A stretch of 15,001 nt of DNA, from positions 1 to 15,001 of the forward strand of contig NZ_QLIR01000028.1 in the NCBI RefSeq assembly GCF_003428155.1. Reading direction: 5' to 3'. Numbering within the stretch: the first letter of the stretch is position 1; each line of letters begins with the position of its first letter. Shown piece after piece: positions 1-8,140 of this stretch. The position numbers and the translations under genes were made by a program. The notes beneath the pieces are model-generated. The model saw only the letters and a program-made list of their open reading frames with translations. It made no database searches and had not been told where the DNA came from. The stretch is from Fastidiosibacter lacustris. Its GTDB lineage: Bacteria; Pseudomonadota; Gammaproteobacteria; Francisellales; Francisellaceae.

Positions 1-156
1 AACACCAATAGCAACTTTTACTGATGGGAAAACGCACTGGCAAGAGAAGGTTGAATTGCTCAACCATATCTGACAAAAATCGCGTTTGAAAAATAGGCAA
101 CTGTCAGGTCAAGTCTAAACTTATACAAATTAGTTGCATACTAATCAAAACTTCTA

Positions 157-564
157 TTACACAAGGTGAAGCCCTCCACTTCCTTTTTGTGATTTGCATT
201 TTGGTGGATTGACTTCTTCTTCACTGTTGCCTTCATTGACATCAATGCCATAGCCAAATTCACGAGCATATAGACCTTGCGATGTTTCACCTGAGTAAAG
301 TTCAAGAACAGCTTCAACGGGAATTTGGAGCGACATCATCTCTCCATCAAAAGTCGCATCAAATCGAACAAACTGGTCATCACAACCAAAGTGCTCGATT
401 GCTTCAGGAGAAATATTTAATAAAATCTTACCATCTTCATCAACGTGATTCTCTGGCAATATCATATTTTCATATTCACTATCAACCAATAGATAAGGTG
501 TAAGGTTGTGATCTAACATCCAATCATAAGTGGCTTCAATCAAATAGGCTCTTAACATTGCCAT
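157..564 (-). CDS. sspB: stringent starvation protein B (ClpXP specificity adaptor)
   Basis: 135-aa ORF. The N-terminal LRAYLIEATYDWMLDHNLTPYLLVD matches the conserved SspB substrate-binding domain (E. coli YLLRAFYEWLLDNQLTPHLVVD). It has an acidic linker and a C-terminal GGLHLV tail resembling the ClpX-binding LRVVK-type motif. The ATG lies 3 nt after the sspA stop, with AGGAGA inside the sspA 3' end. The sspA-sspB pairing is classic. Confidence 0.9.
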   Translation of the reverse strand: MAMLRAYLIEATYDWMLDHNLTPYLLVDSEYENMILPENHVDEDGKILLNISPEAIEHFGCDDQFVRFDATFDGEMMSLQIPVEAVLELYSGETSQGLYAREFGYGIDVNEGNSEEEVNPPKCKSQKGSGGLHLV

Positions 565-567
565 ATA

Positions 568-1185
568 CTATTCTCTCCTTTCATGTCTAATACTTTTTCT
601 AAATGATTCGCGTTCAAATAGGCGCTTAGCATATTTGATTAAAGGCATGGCCTTTTCAGGCAAACGCACATCAAGTTTGGGTAAGTTATACAGAATAATA
701 GCCATTGAACAGTCAACGATTGTAAATTCCTCACCTAATAAATAAGGTTGTCTATTGAGCGTGTGAATAAGACTAAACAGCGTCTTTAAAAGTGCTATTT
801 TATTAGCTTGTTTGATATTTTCGTCGTCTGCATTTAAAGCGTTAACCAACAGTGGCATCCACTCAGTGTCAATTTTTTTGCACAGCATGCGTGCTTGAGC
901 GCGCTCAAGCGGAAACACGGATAATAAAGGAGGATAAGGAAAACGCTCTTCAAGATATTCAAAGATAATACTTGGTTCATAAACGATAAGATCTTTTGTC
1001 ATTAGCGTTGGCACTCCACCATAAGGATTAAGCTCGTAGAGTTCTTCCAACTTATTTTCTTTTTCAACGTCAATGATGTCAGCATTAATATCTTTTTCAG
1101 CAAGTATCATTCTAACACGATGGCAAAAGGGATCATTACTATTTACATACAAAGTCATTGATGATCGTTTGTTTTGAGCAGACAT
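568..1185 (-). CDS. sspA: stringent starvation protein A (GST-fold, RNAP-associated)
   Basis: MSAQNKRSSMTLYVNSNDPFCHRVRMILAEKDI aligns with the E. coli SspA N-terminus (MAVAANKRSVMTLFSG..SHQVRIVLAEKGV). The track ORF starts at a TTG (1194). The in-frame ATG at 1185 is preceded by AAGGAAAG about 9 nt upstream and fits the homologue N-terminus, so I place the start at 1185. Confidence 0.9.
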   Translation of the reverse strand: MSAQNKRSSMTLYVNSNDPFCHRVRMILAEKDINADIIDVEKENKLEELYELNPYGGVPTLMTKDLIVYEPSIIFEYLEERFPYPPLLSVFPLERAQARMLCKKIDTEWMPLLVNALNADDENIKQANKIALLKTLFSLIHTLNRQPYLLGEEFTIVDCSMAIILYNLPKLDVRLPEKAMPLIKYAKRLFERESFRKSIRHERRE

Positions 1186-1223
1186 ATATCTCAACTTTCC
1201 TTATTCAATAGTTGCACGCAAGT

Positions 1224-1253
1224 ATTATATATAACAAAAAAGCCCCTCTGCAA
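1224..1253 (-). promoter_or_regulatory. candidate sigma70 promoter for sspA-sspB (TTGCAG-N18-TATAAT)
   Basis: On the minus strand, TATAAT is the complement of 1224-1229 and TTGCAG is the complement of 1248-1253, with an 18-nt spacer. This lies about 35 nt upstream of the sspA ATG. The -35 is weak and sits inside the rpsI terminator hairpin. Sequence match only. Confidence 0.3.
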
Positions 1254-1272
1254 TATGACAGTTGGGCTTTTG
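1235..1272 (-). terminator. Rho-independent terminator downstream of rpsI
   Basis: Minus-strand RNA reads AAAAGCCC-aaCTGtcatattgCAGag-GGGCTTTTTT. A GC-rich outer stem (1241-1245 pairing 1264-1268) and an inner 3-bp stem are followed by a 6-U run (1235-1240). It lies 35 nt after the rpsI stop. Confidence 0.65.
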
Positions 1273-1306
1273 TGGTGTTTGTAAGCTGAAAATAAAAAGT
1301 ATTTTC

Positions 1307-1699
1307 TTAGCGCTTAGAGAATTGACGTTTTCTACGTGCTTTTCTAAAACCAACTTTCTTACGCTCAACTTTACGTGAGTCGCGGGTAATAAATCCAGCT
1401 TGGCGAAGTTCAGGTTTTAATGTTTCATCAAAGTCTACTAAGGCACGAGCAATACCTAAACGGATTGCACCAGATTGACCAGTTTCACCTCCACCATGAA
1501 CATTGATTTTAAAATCAAAATTTTCAAGATTGTTTGTCAAATCAAGTGGTTGTCTAACAATCATGCTTGCAGTTTTGCGACCGAAATACTCATCTAATGG
1601 AAGTTTATTAACGATGATTTTGCCAGTGCCTTTTTTCATGAATACACGTGCAACTGAGCTTTTGCGACGACCAGTACCATAATTATATGTTTGAGTCAT
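1307..1699 (-). CDS. rpsI: 30S ribosomal protein S9
   Basis: 130 aa. [12 protein letters not shown] near the N-terminus and the C-terminal [11 protein letters not shown] are S9 hallmarks. It lies immediately downstream of rplM, as in the conserved rplM-rpsI operon. Confidence 0.97.
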   Translation of the reverse strand: MTQTYNYGTGRRKSSVARVFMKKGTGKIIVNKLPLDEYFGRKTASMIVRQPLDLTNNLENFDFKINVHGGGETGQSGAIRLGIARALVDFDETLKPELRQAGFITRDSRKVERKKVGFRKARRKRQFSKR

Positions 1700-1714
1700 T
1701 GTTCCTATCCTGCC

Positions 1715-2143
1715 TTATATTTCTAAAACTTGTGGTTGTTGCGCTGTATGTGGGTGAACATCACCTGCATAAACTTTTAGTTTTTTGTACATCGCACGAC
1801 CTAAAGGATTTTTAGGAAGCATGCCTTTAACTGCTTGTTCAATTGCACGTTCTGGGTGCTTGGCAATAAGTGTTTCGAAAGAAATAGATTTAAGACCACC
1901 AATATAACCAGTGTGATGATAATAAATTTTATCTTTTTGCTTGTTACCTGTTACAGCCACTTTATCAGCATTAATAACTACAATATAATCACCTGTGTCA
2001 ACATGTGGTGTATACTCAGGTTTGTGCTTCCCACGAAGACGTCTTGCAACCTCAGTTGCAAGGCGACCTAAAGTTTTTCCATTTGCATCGATCAATAGCC
2101 ACTCTCTTTTGACTTGATCGGTTTTAGCGCTAAACGTTTTCAT
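1715..2143 (-). CDS. rplM: 50S ribosomal protein L13
   Basis: 142 aa. [54 protein letters not shown] is the canonical L13 sequence. Confidence 0.97.
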   Translation of the reverse strand: MKTFSAKTDQVKREWLLIDANGKTLGRLATEVARRLRGKHKPEYTPHVDTGDYIVVINADKVAVTGNKQKDKIYYHHTGYIGGLKSISFETLIAKHPERAIEQAVKGMLPKNPLGRAMYKKLKVYAGDVHPHTAQQPQVLEI

Positions 2144-2231
2144 CTTTGTTACCTTAATATTTATTATTAACTACTCAGTTTTGCACAAATTTCTTTAGAT
2201 TTTCTCAAATCCATAAAATTTAAGCCAGGCG

Positions 2232-2260
2232 ATTCTATCATAGAGTATGGTCAAAAAGAA
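2232..2260 (-). promoter_or_regulatory. candidate extended -10 promoter for rplM-rpsI (TTCTTT-N17-TGaTAGAAT)
   Basis: On the minus strand, TAGAAT is the complement of 2232-2237 and is preceded by TGa (2238-2240). A weak -35, TTCTTT, is at 2255-2260. This would give a leader of about 80 nt before the rplM ATG. A nearby TTGACC (2249-2254) is only 11 nt from the -10, so it is not usable with it. Confidence 0.25.
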
Positions 2261-2473
2261 GCATTAAATTTGATTTTCCAAGATGTGATTTGAATCTTGA
2301 ATTGTATTAAACGATATTAAATAAAAGAGCGCTATTTTGAAGTTTTATTTGAGTAAAATTCGGTGTTGTATGCCTTTTGATCGCTTGTTTTTGGTAGATA
2401 AACCTTTTTTTAAAAAAAAGTATAATTTGTCCCTTTTCATTTGAAAAAATGCCGTTATAATTGGTTGCAATTC

Positions 2474-2561
<88 letters not shown>

Positions 2562-2749
2562 TAAGTATATCCTTTTAGTTATGTCTATAAATCAAGTAAA
2601 AAGCGATAAAATAATACAAAGTCAAAAATAAAAAACACGTAGATCAATTTCGTATCGCATTAAAAAATTATAACGTTATGTGTTTTAAAAATTCTTTTTG
2701 TTAATCATTTTTAAAGCCTTAAATCAAGCCCAAATGTAATTGCGTAGAT

Positions 2750-4147
2750 CTATCGAAACTTGCCACCTTTTCCAGGTGGTAATATCTGCTGAACGTTCTG
2801 TATATTCTTCATACTGCGCATGGTTCCAAGCATTTTACCAAGTCCACCTTTCTCGCTTACTTTCTTCATTATTTTTTGCATATCTATAAACTGTTTTAAT
2901 AAGCGATTAACATCTTGTACTTGTGTACCAGAGCCATTGGCAATTCGCAGTTTACGAGAAGATTTAATTAACTCTGGTTTGCGCCGCTCAAGCGCTGTCA
3001 TCGAGTTAATAATCGCTTCCATTTGAATAAACGACTTATCGTTGATTTTACCTTGAATGCTGGCTGTTACACTGCCCATCCCAGGAAGCTTATCAAGCAT
3101 AGAGCCAATACCACCCATTTTTTTCATTTGCTGTAATTGAACTTTAAAATCTTCAAGTGTAAATGACTTGCCTTTTTTAAGCTTATTAACAAGTTCTTTC
3201 GCTTCTTTTTTATCAACTTTTTGTTCAACTTCTTCTATAAGTGATAACACATCTCCCATGCCAAGAATGCGTGATGCAATTCGATCAGGATGAAATGGCT
3301 CAAGAGCATCAGTTTTTTCACCCATTCCAATAAACTTGATTGGTTTACCTGTAATCTCACGAATCGAAAGTGCCGCCCCACCTCTTGCATCACCATCAGT
3401 CTTGGTTAAGATGATACCTGTTAGAGTTAACGCTTCATTAAATGCACGTGCTGTTTTGGCTGCATCTTGTCCTGTCATGCTATCAACGACAAACAGGGTT
3501 TCAGTAGGATTAATAGCTTGATACAAAGCTTTGATTTCATCCATCATTTCATCGTCGATGTGTAAGCGTCCGGCTGTATCTACGATCAGCACATCACAAA
3601 CTTGCTGTTTTGCTTGTTGTAGTGCTTTGTTGGCAATCTCTAAGGGGTGTTCTTGTACTGATGATGGGCAAAAATGAATGTTTAAAGACTCAGCCAGCGT
3701 TTGTAATTGCTTAATCGCGGCAGGACGATAAACATCGGCACTCACGACCATAACTTTTTTATTGTGACGTTCTTTTAGAAACTTTGCCAATTTTGCGGTA
3801 GTGGTTGTTTTACCCGAACCTTGGAGACCAGCCATTAAAATCACAACTGGTGGTTGTGCGGAAAGATTGAGTGATTCGTTCTTCTCACCTAGCGTGTGTT
3901 CAAGTTCCTTTTTCACCATTGAAATAAAGGTTTGACCGGGTGTTAAGCTTGTACGAATCTTCTCACCTAATGCTTCTTCTTGAATGCGAGCAATAAATTG
4001 CTTAACAACAGGCAAAGCAACATCAGCTTCTAGAAGTGCCATGCGTACATCACGTAACGCACCTTTGATGTTATCTTCGCTTAAGCGACCTTGACCTTTT
4101 AATTTATCAAGAGAACTGCCTAATCTTTCGGATAAGCTTTTAAACAT
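2750..4147 (-). CDS. ffh: signal recognition particle protein Ffh
   Basis: 465 aa. The MFKSLSERL..GRLSEDNIKGALRDVRMALLEADVALPVV N domain matches E. coli Ffh. GTPase motifs GLQGSGKTTT, DTAGR and TKTDGDARGGAALS are present. The M domain is Met-rich (MKKMGGIGSMLDKLPGMG). Confidence 0.97.
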   Translation of the reverse strand: MFKSLSERLGSSLDKLKGQGRLSEDNIKGALRDVRMALLEADVALPVVKQFIARIQEEALGEKIRTSLTPGQTFISMVKKELEHTLGEKNESLNLSAQPPVVILMAGLQGSGKTTTTAKLAKFLKERHNKKVMVVSADVYRPAAIKQLQTLAESLNIHFCPSSVQEHPLEIANKALQQAKQQVCDVLIVDTAGRLHIDDEMMDEIKALYQAINPTETLFVVDSMTGQDAAKTARAFNEALTLTGIILTKTDGDARGGAALSIREITGKPIKFIGMGEKTDALEPFHPDRIASRILGMGDVLSLIEEVEQKVDKKEAKELVNKLKKGKSFTLEDFKVQLQQMKKMGGIGSMLDKLPGMGSVTASIQGKINDKSFIQMEAIINSMTALERRKPELIKSSRKLRIANGSGTQVQDVNRLLKQFIDMQKIMKKVSEKGGLGKMLGTMRSMKNIQNVQQILPPGKGGKFR

Positions 4148-4230
4148 ATATCAATACCTAAATTATTTTAATAATTAATTTCGCTTAGTATTGTAATCTG
4201 GATTAGTTATGTTTGCAGTAAATTACAGAT

Positions 4231-4258
4231 AAAAAAATCCCCATACTTAAGATGGGGA
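4231..4258 (-). terminator. Rho-independent terminator downstream of the YccA/BI-1-like gene
   Basis: Minus-strand RNA reads TCCCCAT-cttaagt-ATGGGGA followed by TTTTTTT. It is a perfect 7-bp stem with a 7-nt loop and a 7-U tail, 24 nt after the stop at 4282. Confidence 0.8.
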
Positions 4259-4281
4259 CAACTGAATAAGAGAGAACTCAA

Positions 4282-4974
4282 TTAGTTGCGATTTCCTGAG
4301 AATATGCCTAGGAATTGTAGAATCATTAGAAAAATATTAAGAATTGAAACGTAGATGGTTACTGTTGCAACGATATAGTTTGTCTCACCACCACGCACGA
4401 TTTGATTAGTTTGCCACAGGATAAGACCACCAGAAATAAATGCAATAATCACAGACAGTGCCAAATATAGTGCAGGCATTTGTAAAAATAGGTTAACGAT
4501 GATCGCAACCAATGCAATTAACGCACCAATACCGAGAAATGAACCCAAACGTGAGAAATCACGTTTAGGATTTAAGGCGATAGCAGACAAGCCTAAGAAA
4601 ATTGCCCCTGTTGAACCTAGCGCGATCATAATAAGCTCAGAACCATTACTAAAAGAAGTGATATAGAAGTTTAAAATAGGTCCCAAAGTCCAACCTAAAA
4701 ATCCAGTTAACGCAAAGGTTAACACCAATCCCATTGGGCTGTTACGCGTCATTTGCACGCCAAATAAAAGACCCAAATAAATAAATAGGGTTAAAAATGG
4801 GTTAAGTACAGGGGCTGCAACCATCATTGACCAGCCTGCAGTAACTGCACTAAAGATAAGTGTTAATGACAATAGCAGATATGTATTACGCAGAACTTTA
4901 TTGGTTTGAACAATGGAAGTGCCCCGCTGCTCAATCACACGTGCATTTTGTTGATAGTTAAATTGATTATTCAT
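4282..4974 (-). CDS. BAX inhibitor-1 / YccA-YbhL family inner-membrane protein
   Basis: About 230 aa with roughly 7 predicted hydrophobic spans. The N-terminal NKVLRNTYLLLSLTLIFSAVTA and the overall architecture are typical of the bacterial TMBIM/BI-1 (YccA, YbhL) family. The track start is a GTG at 4980. The ATG at 4974 has GGAG 5 nt upstream, so I call 4974. Confidence 0.75.
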   Translation of the reverse strand: MNNQFNYQQNARVIEQRGTSIVQTNKVLRNTYLLLSLTLIFSAVTAGWSMMVAAPVLNPFLTLFIYLGLLFGVQMTRNSPMGLVLTFALTGFLGWTLGPILNFYITSFSNGSELIMIALGSTGAIFLGLSAIALNPKRDFSRLGSFLGIGALIALVAIIVNLFLQMPALYLALSVIIAFISGGLILWQTNQIVRGGETNYIVATVTIYVSILNIFLMILQFLGIFSGNRN

Positions 4975-4991
4975 AATCACTCCGTATTTTA

Positions 4992-5021
4992 ATTATAAAT
5001 CGATACCAAAATCAGTGCCAA
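4992..5021 (-). promoter_or_regulatory. candidate sigma70 promoter for the YccA/BI-1-like gene (TTGGCA-N18-TATAAT)
   Basis: On the minus strand, TTGGCA is the complement of 5016-5021 and TATAAT is the complement of 4992-4997, with an 18-nt spacer. It lies about 18 nt upstream of the GGAG-ATG. Sequence match only. Confidence 0.4.
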
Positions 5022-5067
5022 GTATATGGGGAATGTCGCTGAAAAAACAATAGCAGATGACTTAAAT

Positions 5068-6546
5068 TCATCCATTTTTTTTACTATAGTAAATAAATTT
5101 TGCAAGCATATACGCACTAATTGCAAATAAAGTACCAAGTATAGAAAGTATGCCATATAAACAAGATAAAGATTGGTAAGTTCTAATCAAATCTGTTGGC
5201 ATGAGTGTCATTTTATTGAAGGATAGTGCAGCAACACCAATTGCGGCACTGATGATAAAAAAGAAGCCCATCACAATTGCTTCATATTTACGTGGTGATA
5301 GTTTGCCAACGATTGCATAGTAAAGTGGTAATAATAAAATTTTTGCAATGGAATTTAGCATTAGAGTCAACGTAAGTAAGTAGTTTCCTGTCGTAACAAA
5401 TTGGTGCATGGATTGAGATAAGAAACTAAAAAAGAGTAATGCACAAGCAATTGAGGTAAGTAATATAGCTAAACTAAACAAACGAATGAGTCTTTTCATA
5501 TGCTGTGTATGTTTATTTTTATTCCATAAAATCGCTGACACAAATCCAATAACCAATACCAAGCCAATATTGGCTTCAAAAAAGAAGTCGGCTGAAGGAT
5601 TTTTGATATTAAAAAAACCATAATTGTGGCTAAATAATTGCAAGTAGTGTAAGAAAATTGTGGTGATATTTTTGTCAGCAAACCAGAAAAATATACTCAA
5701 TGCTAAGAGGATGAGTAGAACATAATTACGTTTTCGCTGATTTGTGTCTTTTTCAAGATAAGCGTAAATAAGCATGATACTAATTGCAATTACGGCAAGT
5801 ACAACGATCACTATTTTCAATATCAATAGACGTTGCAATAAAAAGTTTACAAGAGCTGATAAGACGACCAAGATAAATATAACACTATAAGTTGAAGGCG
5901 TGTATTTAGGTTCGATCCCGTCAATTACACTAATATTGCGATTAAGATAAATACCGCCTGCAAGGAAAATAAGCACACCAATAAGGCTTGTCAACGCCAT
6001 TAAAATAAACCATGTTTGGTAGCTTAAATTGCTTGCAAATGTGCTGCTAATGGTAAGGGATAAAGCTGCACCACAAACGGTGGTCATGTACATTAAAGTA
6101 AAGCCAGCATGGCGTCGTGGATCATCTTGAGTGTATAAAAAACTCAAAGTGGTAAATAAATTAGGAATGACTAACCCAATGGCGATAATATAGCCGGAAA
6201 AACCAATCAATGATAAGTTGTTTAATGAAAGCAAAATGAGTGATACAAACCCATATAATATTCCAATGATAACTGAGCGTCTGTACCCTATGCTATAACC
6301 TAAAAAACCGCCAATAAATCCTGAAGCGCTATATAAAAACAAATTGGTGTAAAGGTTGAAGTTGATACTCAAAATTTGTGGCGTGATTCCTTCTTGAGAG
6401 GGATTGGCAATGCTATGAAGATAAGCACTAAAATGAACGGTAATAGCAGTTGTTCCCATGCTAAATAACAGACTTGCTAATAATAAAAACCATAAACCAA
6501 AGGGTTGTTTAGTATTAAGTAAGAGTTTCTTAGGTTGCAGCTGCAT
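5068..6546 (-). CDS. polytopic membrane transporter, divergent POT/PTR2 (proton-dependent oligopeptide transporter)-like
   Basis: 492 aa and very hydrophobic (12 or more spans). GGFLGYSIGYRRSVIIGILYGFVSLILL resembles the POT TM2-3 signature GGxLADxxLGxRRxVxxG. YTQDDPRRHAGFTLMYMTTVCGAALS resembles the POT TM5 signature (DPRRDxGFTxFYMxxNxG). The N-terminal region lacks an obvious ExxERFxYY motif. The family call rests on remembered motifs, not a search. Confidence 0.6.
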   Translation of the reverse strand: MQLQPKKLLLNTKQPFGLWFLLLASLLFSMGTTAITVHFSAYLHSIANPSQEGITPQILSINFNLYTNLFLYSASGFIGGFLGYSIGYRRSVIIGILYGFVSLILLSLNNLSLIGFSGYIIAIGLVIPNLFTTLSFLYTQDDPRRHAGFTLMYMTTVCGAALSLTISSTFASNLSYQTWFILMALTSLIGVLIFLAGGIYLNRNISVIDGIEPKYTPSTYSVIFILVVLSALVNFLLQRLLILKIVIVVLAVIAISIMLIYAYLEKDTNQRKRNYVLLILLALSIFFWFADKNITTIFLHYLQLFSHNYGFFNIKNPSADFFFEANIGLVLVIGFVSAILWNKNKHTQHMKRLIRLFSLAILLTSIACALLFFSFLSQSMHQFVTTGNYLLTLTLMLNSIAKILLLPLYYAIVGKLSPRKYEAIVMGFFFIISAAIGVAALSFNKMTLMPTDLIRTYQSLSCLYGILSILGTLFAISAYMLAKFIYYSKKNG

Positions 6547-6579
6547 AATCGTTACCTAGCTAGTTGGGAAGCAAGTCGT

Positions 6580-7179
6580 TTAATCGCGTATCATGAGCAT
6601 AGCGTAATCACTTAGGACTATCTTGGTGTCAATATCAGGTACATAATCGCTAATTTGAGTCATTTTCAAATTTTTATAACCACAGGGATTGATATAACTA
6701 AAAGGAGTTAAATCCATATTGGTATTAATCGCAATGCCATGGTAAGTGAGTCCCTTTTTGATGCGTAAGCCTAGCGAGGCGATTTTAGTATTATTGACAT
6801 AAATGCCAGGTGCATTGGCAATGGTGTGCGCTTTGATACCGTATTGTTTGAGTAAAGTTATACAAGTTTTTTCAATATGGCAAACGAAATCTTTAACACC
6901 AACACCAAGACGTTTTAAGTCAAATAGGAAATAAATCACAGCTTGTCCTGGGCCATGATAGGTAATTTGTCCTCCGCGATCTGTTTGGATAACAGGAATG
7001 TGATGTGGATTGATCAGGTGTTCTGCTTTACCGTGGCGCCCCTGTGTAAATACGCTAGGATGTTCTAGGAGCCATAATTCATCAGTGGTATTTAGACCAC
7101 GATTTTTGGTAAAGTCGACCATGGCTTGATAAACTTTGTCATATACTGTTAAACCTAACTCTTTGATTAATGCTGGCAT
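6580..7179 (-). CDS. lipB: octanoyltransferase (lipoyl(octanoyl) transferase) LipB
   Basis: 199 aa. [35 protein letters not shown] and NPCG (catalytic Lys and Cys regions) match LipB. It lies 4 nt downstream of ybeD, as in enterobacterial ybeD-lipB. Confidence 0.95.
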   Translation of the reverse strand: MPALIKELGLTVYDKVYQAMVDFTKNRGLNTTDELWLLEHPSVFTQGRHGKAEHLINPHHIPVIQTDRGGQITYHGPGQAVIYFLFDLKRLGVGVKDFVCHIEKTCITLLKQYGIKAHTIANAPGIYVNNTKIASLGLRIKKGLTYHGIAINTNMDLTPFSYINPCGYKNLKMTQISDYVPDIDTKIVLSDYAMLMIRD

Positions 7180-7183
7180 CGTT

Positions 7184-7495
7184 TTATAAAACCATATGAA
7201 TTTCTTTGTGAGCGCTTAAAGTTTGGTAGATGTTATCCAACTGTTCTTTGCTTGTTGCCTCAAAGATTGCAGTAATTGAGATATATTTTCCAGTTTTGCT
7301 TTCGCGTGTAGAAAACTCAATTTTATCAGGCTCATCAACGTATTTCTCGAGTGTATTAAGCACGAATTCAACGACTTCTTTTTGTGGATTTGCCATGATT
7401 TTAATTGGGAATTGACAAGGAAATTCAAAAAAAGTCTCTTGCTGGGGTATGTTTTCCTGAATCTTGGGAGTATTGTCTTTATTATTTTCAGTCAT
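7184..7495 (-). CDS. ybeD: DUF493 / YbeD-family protein
   Basis: 103 aa. [14 protein letters not shown] ... [34 protein letters not shown] matches the YbeD pattern (LEFPTPFTYKVMG ... VRMVL). It carries an N-terminal extension of about 20 aa relative to E. coli YbeD. No clear Shine-Dalgarno precedes the ATG. Confidence 0.85.
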   Translation of the reverse strand: MTENNKDNTPKIQENIPQQETFFEFPCQFPIKIMANPQKEVVEFVLNTLEKYVDEPDKIEFSTRESKTGKYISITAIFEATSKEQLDNIYQTLSAHKEIHMVL

Positions 7496-7561
7496 AGCAG
7501 ATCAATCTTTGTGATTTGTGAATTTAGGTTTAGTTTAAAGGAAAATACAATAAAAAGCATC

Positions 7562-8140
7562 TTAAAGCAAAGTCGCTTTTAAGCAAAGTTTGCGAATAAT
7601 TTCAGGATAAAACGTATGCTCAATTGATTTAATTGTTTGCTCAAGTGTTTCTGCGGTGTCAAAAGGCAAAACATCGATGCGTTTTTGAGCAATAATTTCA
7701 CCTCCGTCTAATGTTTCGTCAACATAGTGAATGGTCGTGCCATGCATCTTGTCTTTAGCATCAATCACACGTTGATGTGTATTAAGACCCTTGTATTTCG
7801 GCAATAATGATGGGTGAATATTGATGATTTTACCTTCAAAAGCTCTGATAAAAACAGGTGAAAAAATGCGCATAAAACCAGCAAGCACGATTAAATCAGG
7901 TGCAAATGGGATAATAAGGGCTTTGAGTAGTTTGTCGTATTCTTCACGTGATTGACTTTTACGCTTGGGTAAAAAAAGGCAAGGAATATTCGCTAATAAT
8001 CCACGTGTAATCGATTGAGAAGCTTTGTCTGAAACAATAACACACACTTCAATACCATCTTGAAGATGGAGCTTATCAATGATGGATTGAAGGTTAGAGC
8101 CATAACCTGAAGACAGAATAACCAGCTTATAATTATTCAC
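7562..8140 (-). CDS. purN: phosphoribosylglycinamide formyltransferase PurN
   Basis: [18 protein letters not shown] and [20 protein letters not shown] are PurN hallmarks. The track ORF begins at a TTG (8191), 59 nt inside purM. The in-frame GTG at 8138-8140 gives MNNYKLVIL.., the usual PurN N-terminus length, and overlaps the purM stop as GTGAATAA. The start is uncertain (8140, 8155 or 8191). Confidence 0.9.
   Translation of the reverse strand: MNNYKLVILSSGYGSNLQSIIDKLHLQDGIEVCVIVSDKASQSITRGLLANIPCLFLPKRKSQSREEYDKLLKALIIPFAPDLIVLAGFMRIFSPVFIRAFEGKIINIHPSLLPKYKGLNTHQRVIDAKDKMHGTTIHYVDETLDGGEIIAQKRIDVLPFDTAETLEQTIKSIEHTFYPEIIRKLCLKATLL

Noticed and set aside
2-73. Plus-strand frame open from the left window edge (..TPIATFTDGKTHWQEKVELLNHI*), possibly the 3' end of a gene convergent with sspB.
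   Set aside because: Only 23 codons and no recognisable motif. An open stretch this short is expected by chance, so it cannot be supported as a feature.
97-137. Inverted repeat GCAACT...AGTTGC followed (minus strand) by CTATTTTTC, a possible sspB terminator.
   Set aside because: The stem is only 6 bp with a 29-nt loop and a weak U-run. That is not convincing without a folding energy calculation.
2371-2445. 24-aa plus-strand ORF (MPFDRLFLVDKPFFKKKYNLSLFI*) and the C-T7-A8-G near-palindrome upstream of the tRNA.
   Set aside because: There is no RBS, it consists of AT-rich homopolymer codons, and it lies in a promoter region. Most likely non-coding.
2638-2752. CGTAGATC occurs twice (2638-2645 and 2743-2750), and an 8-bp palindrome TAGATCTA overlaps the ffh stop.
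   Set aside because: Matches this short can arise by chance in 15 kb. No extended repeat unit surrounds them.
7562-7590. Direct repeat AAGCAAAGT x2 and a small AAAAGC/GCTTTT hairpin around the purN stop, a possible purN terminator.
   Set aside because: The repeat lies inside the purN C-terminal codons (KLCLKATLL). The hairpin has only a 6-bp AU-rich stem and a 16-nt loop, and it lacks a clean U-tract.
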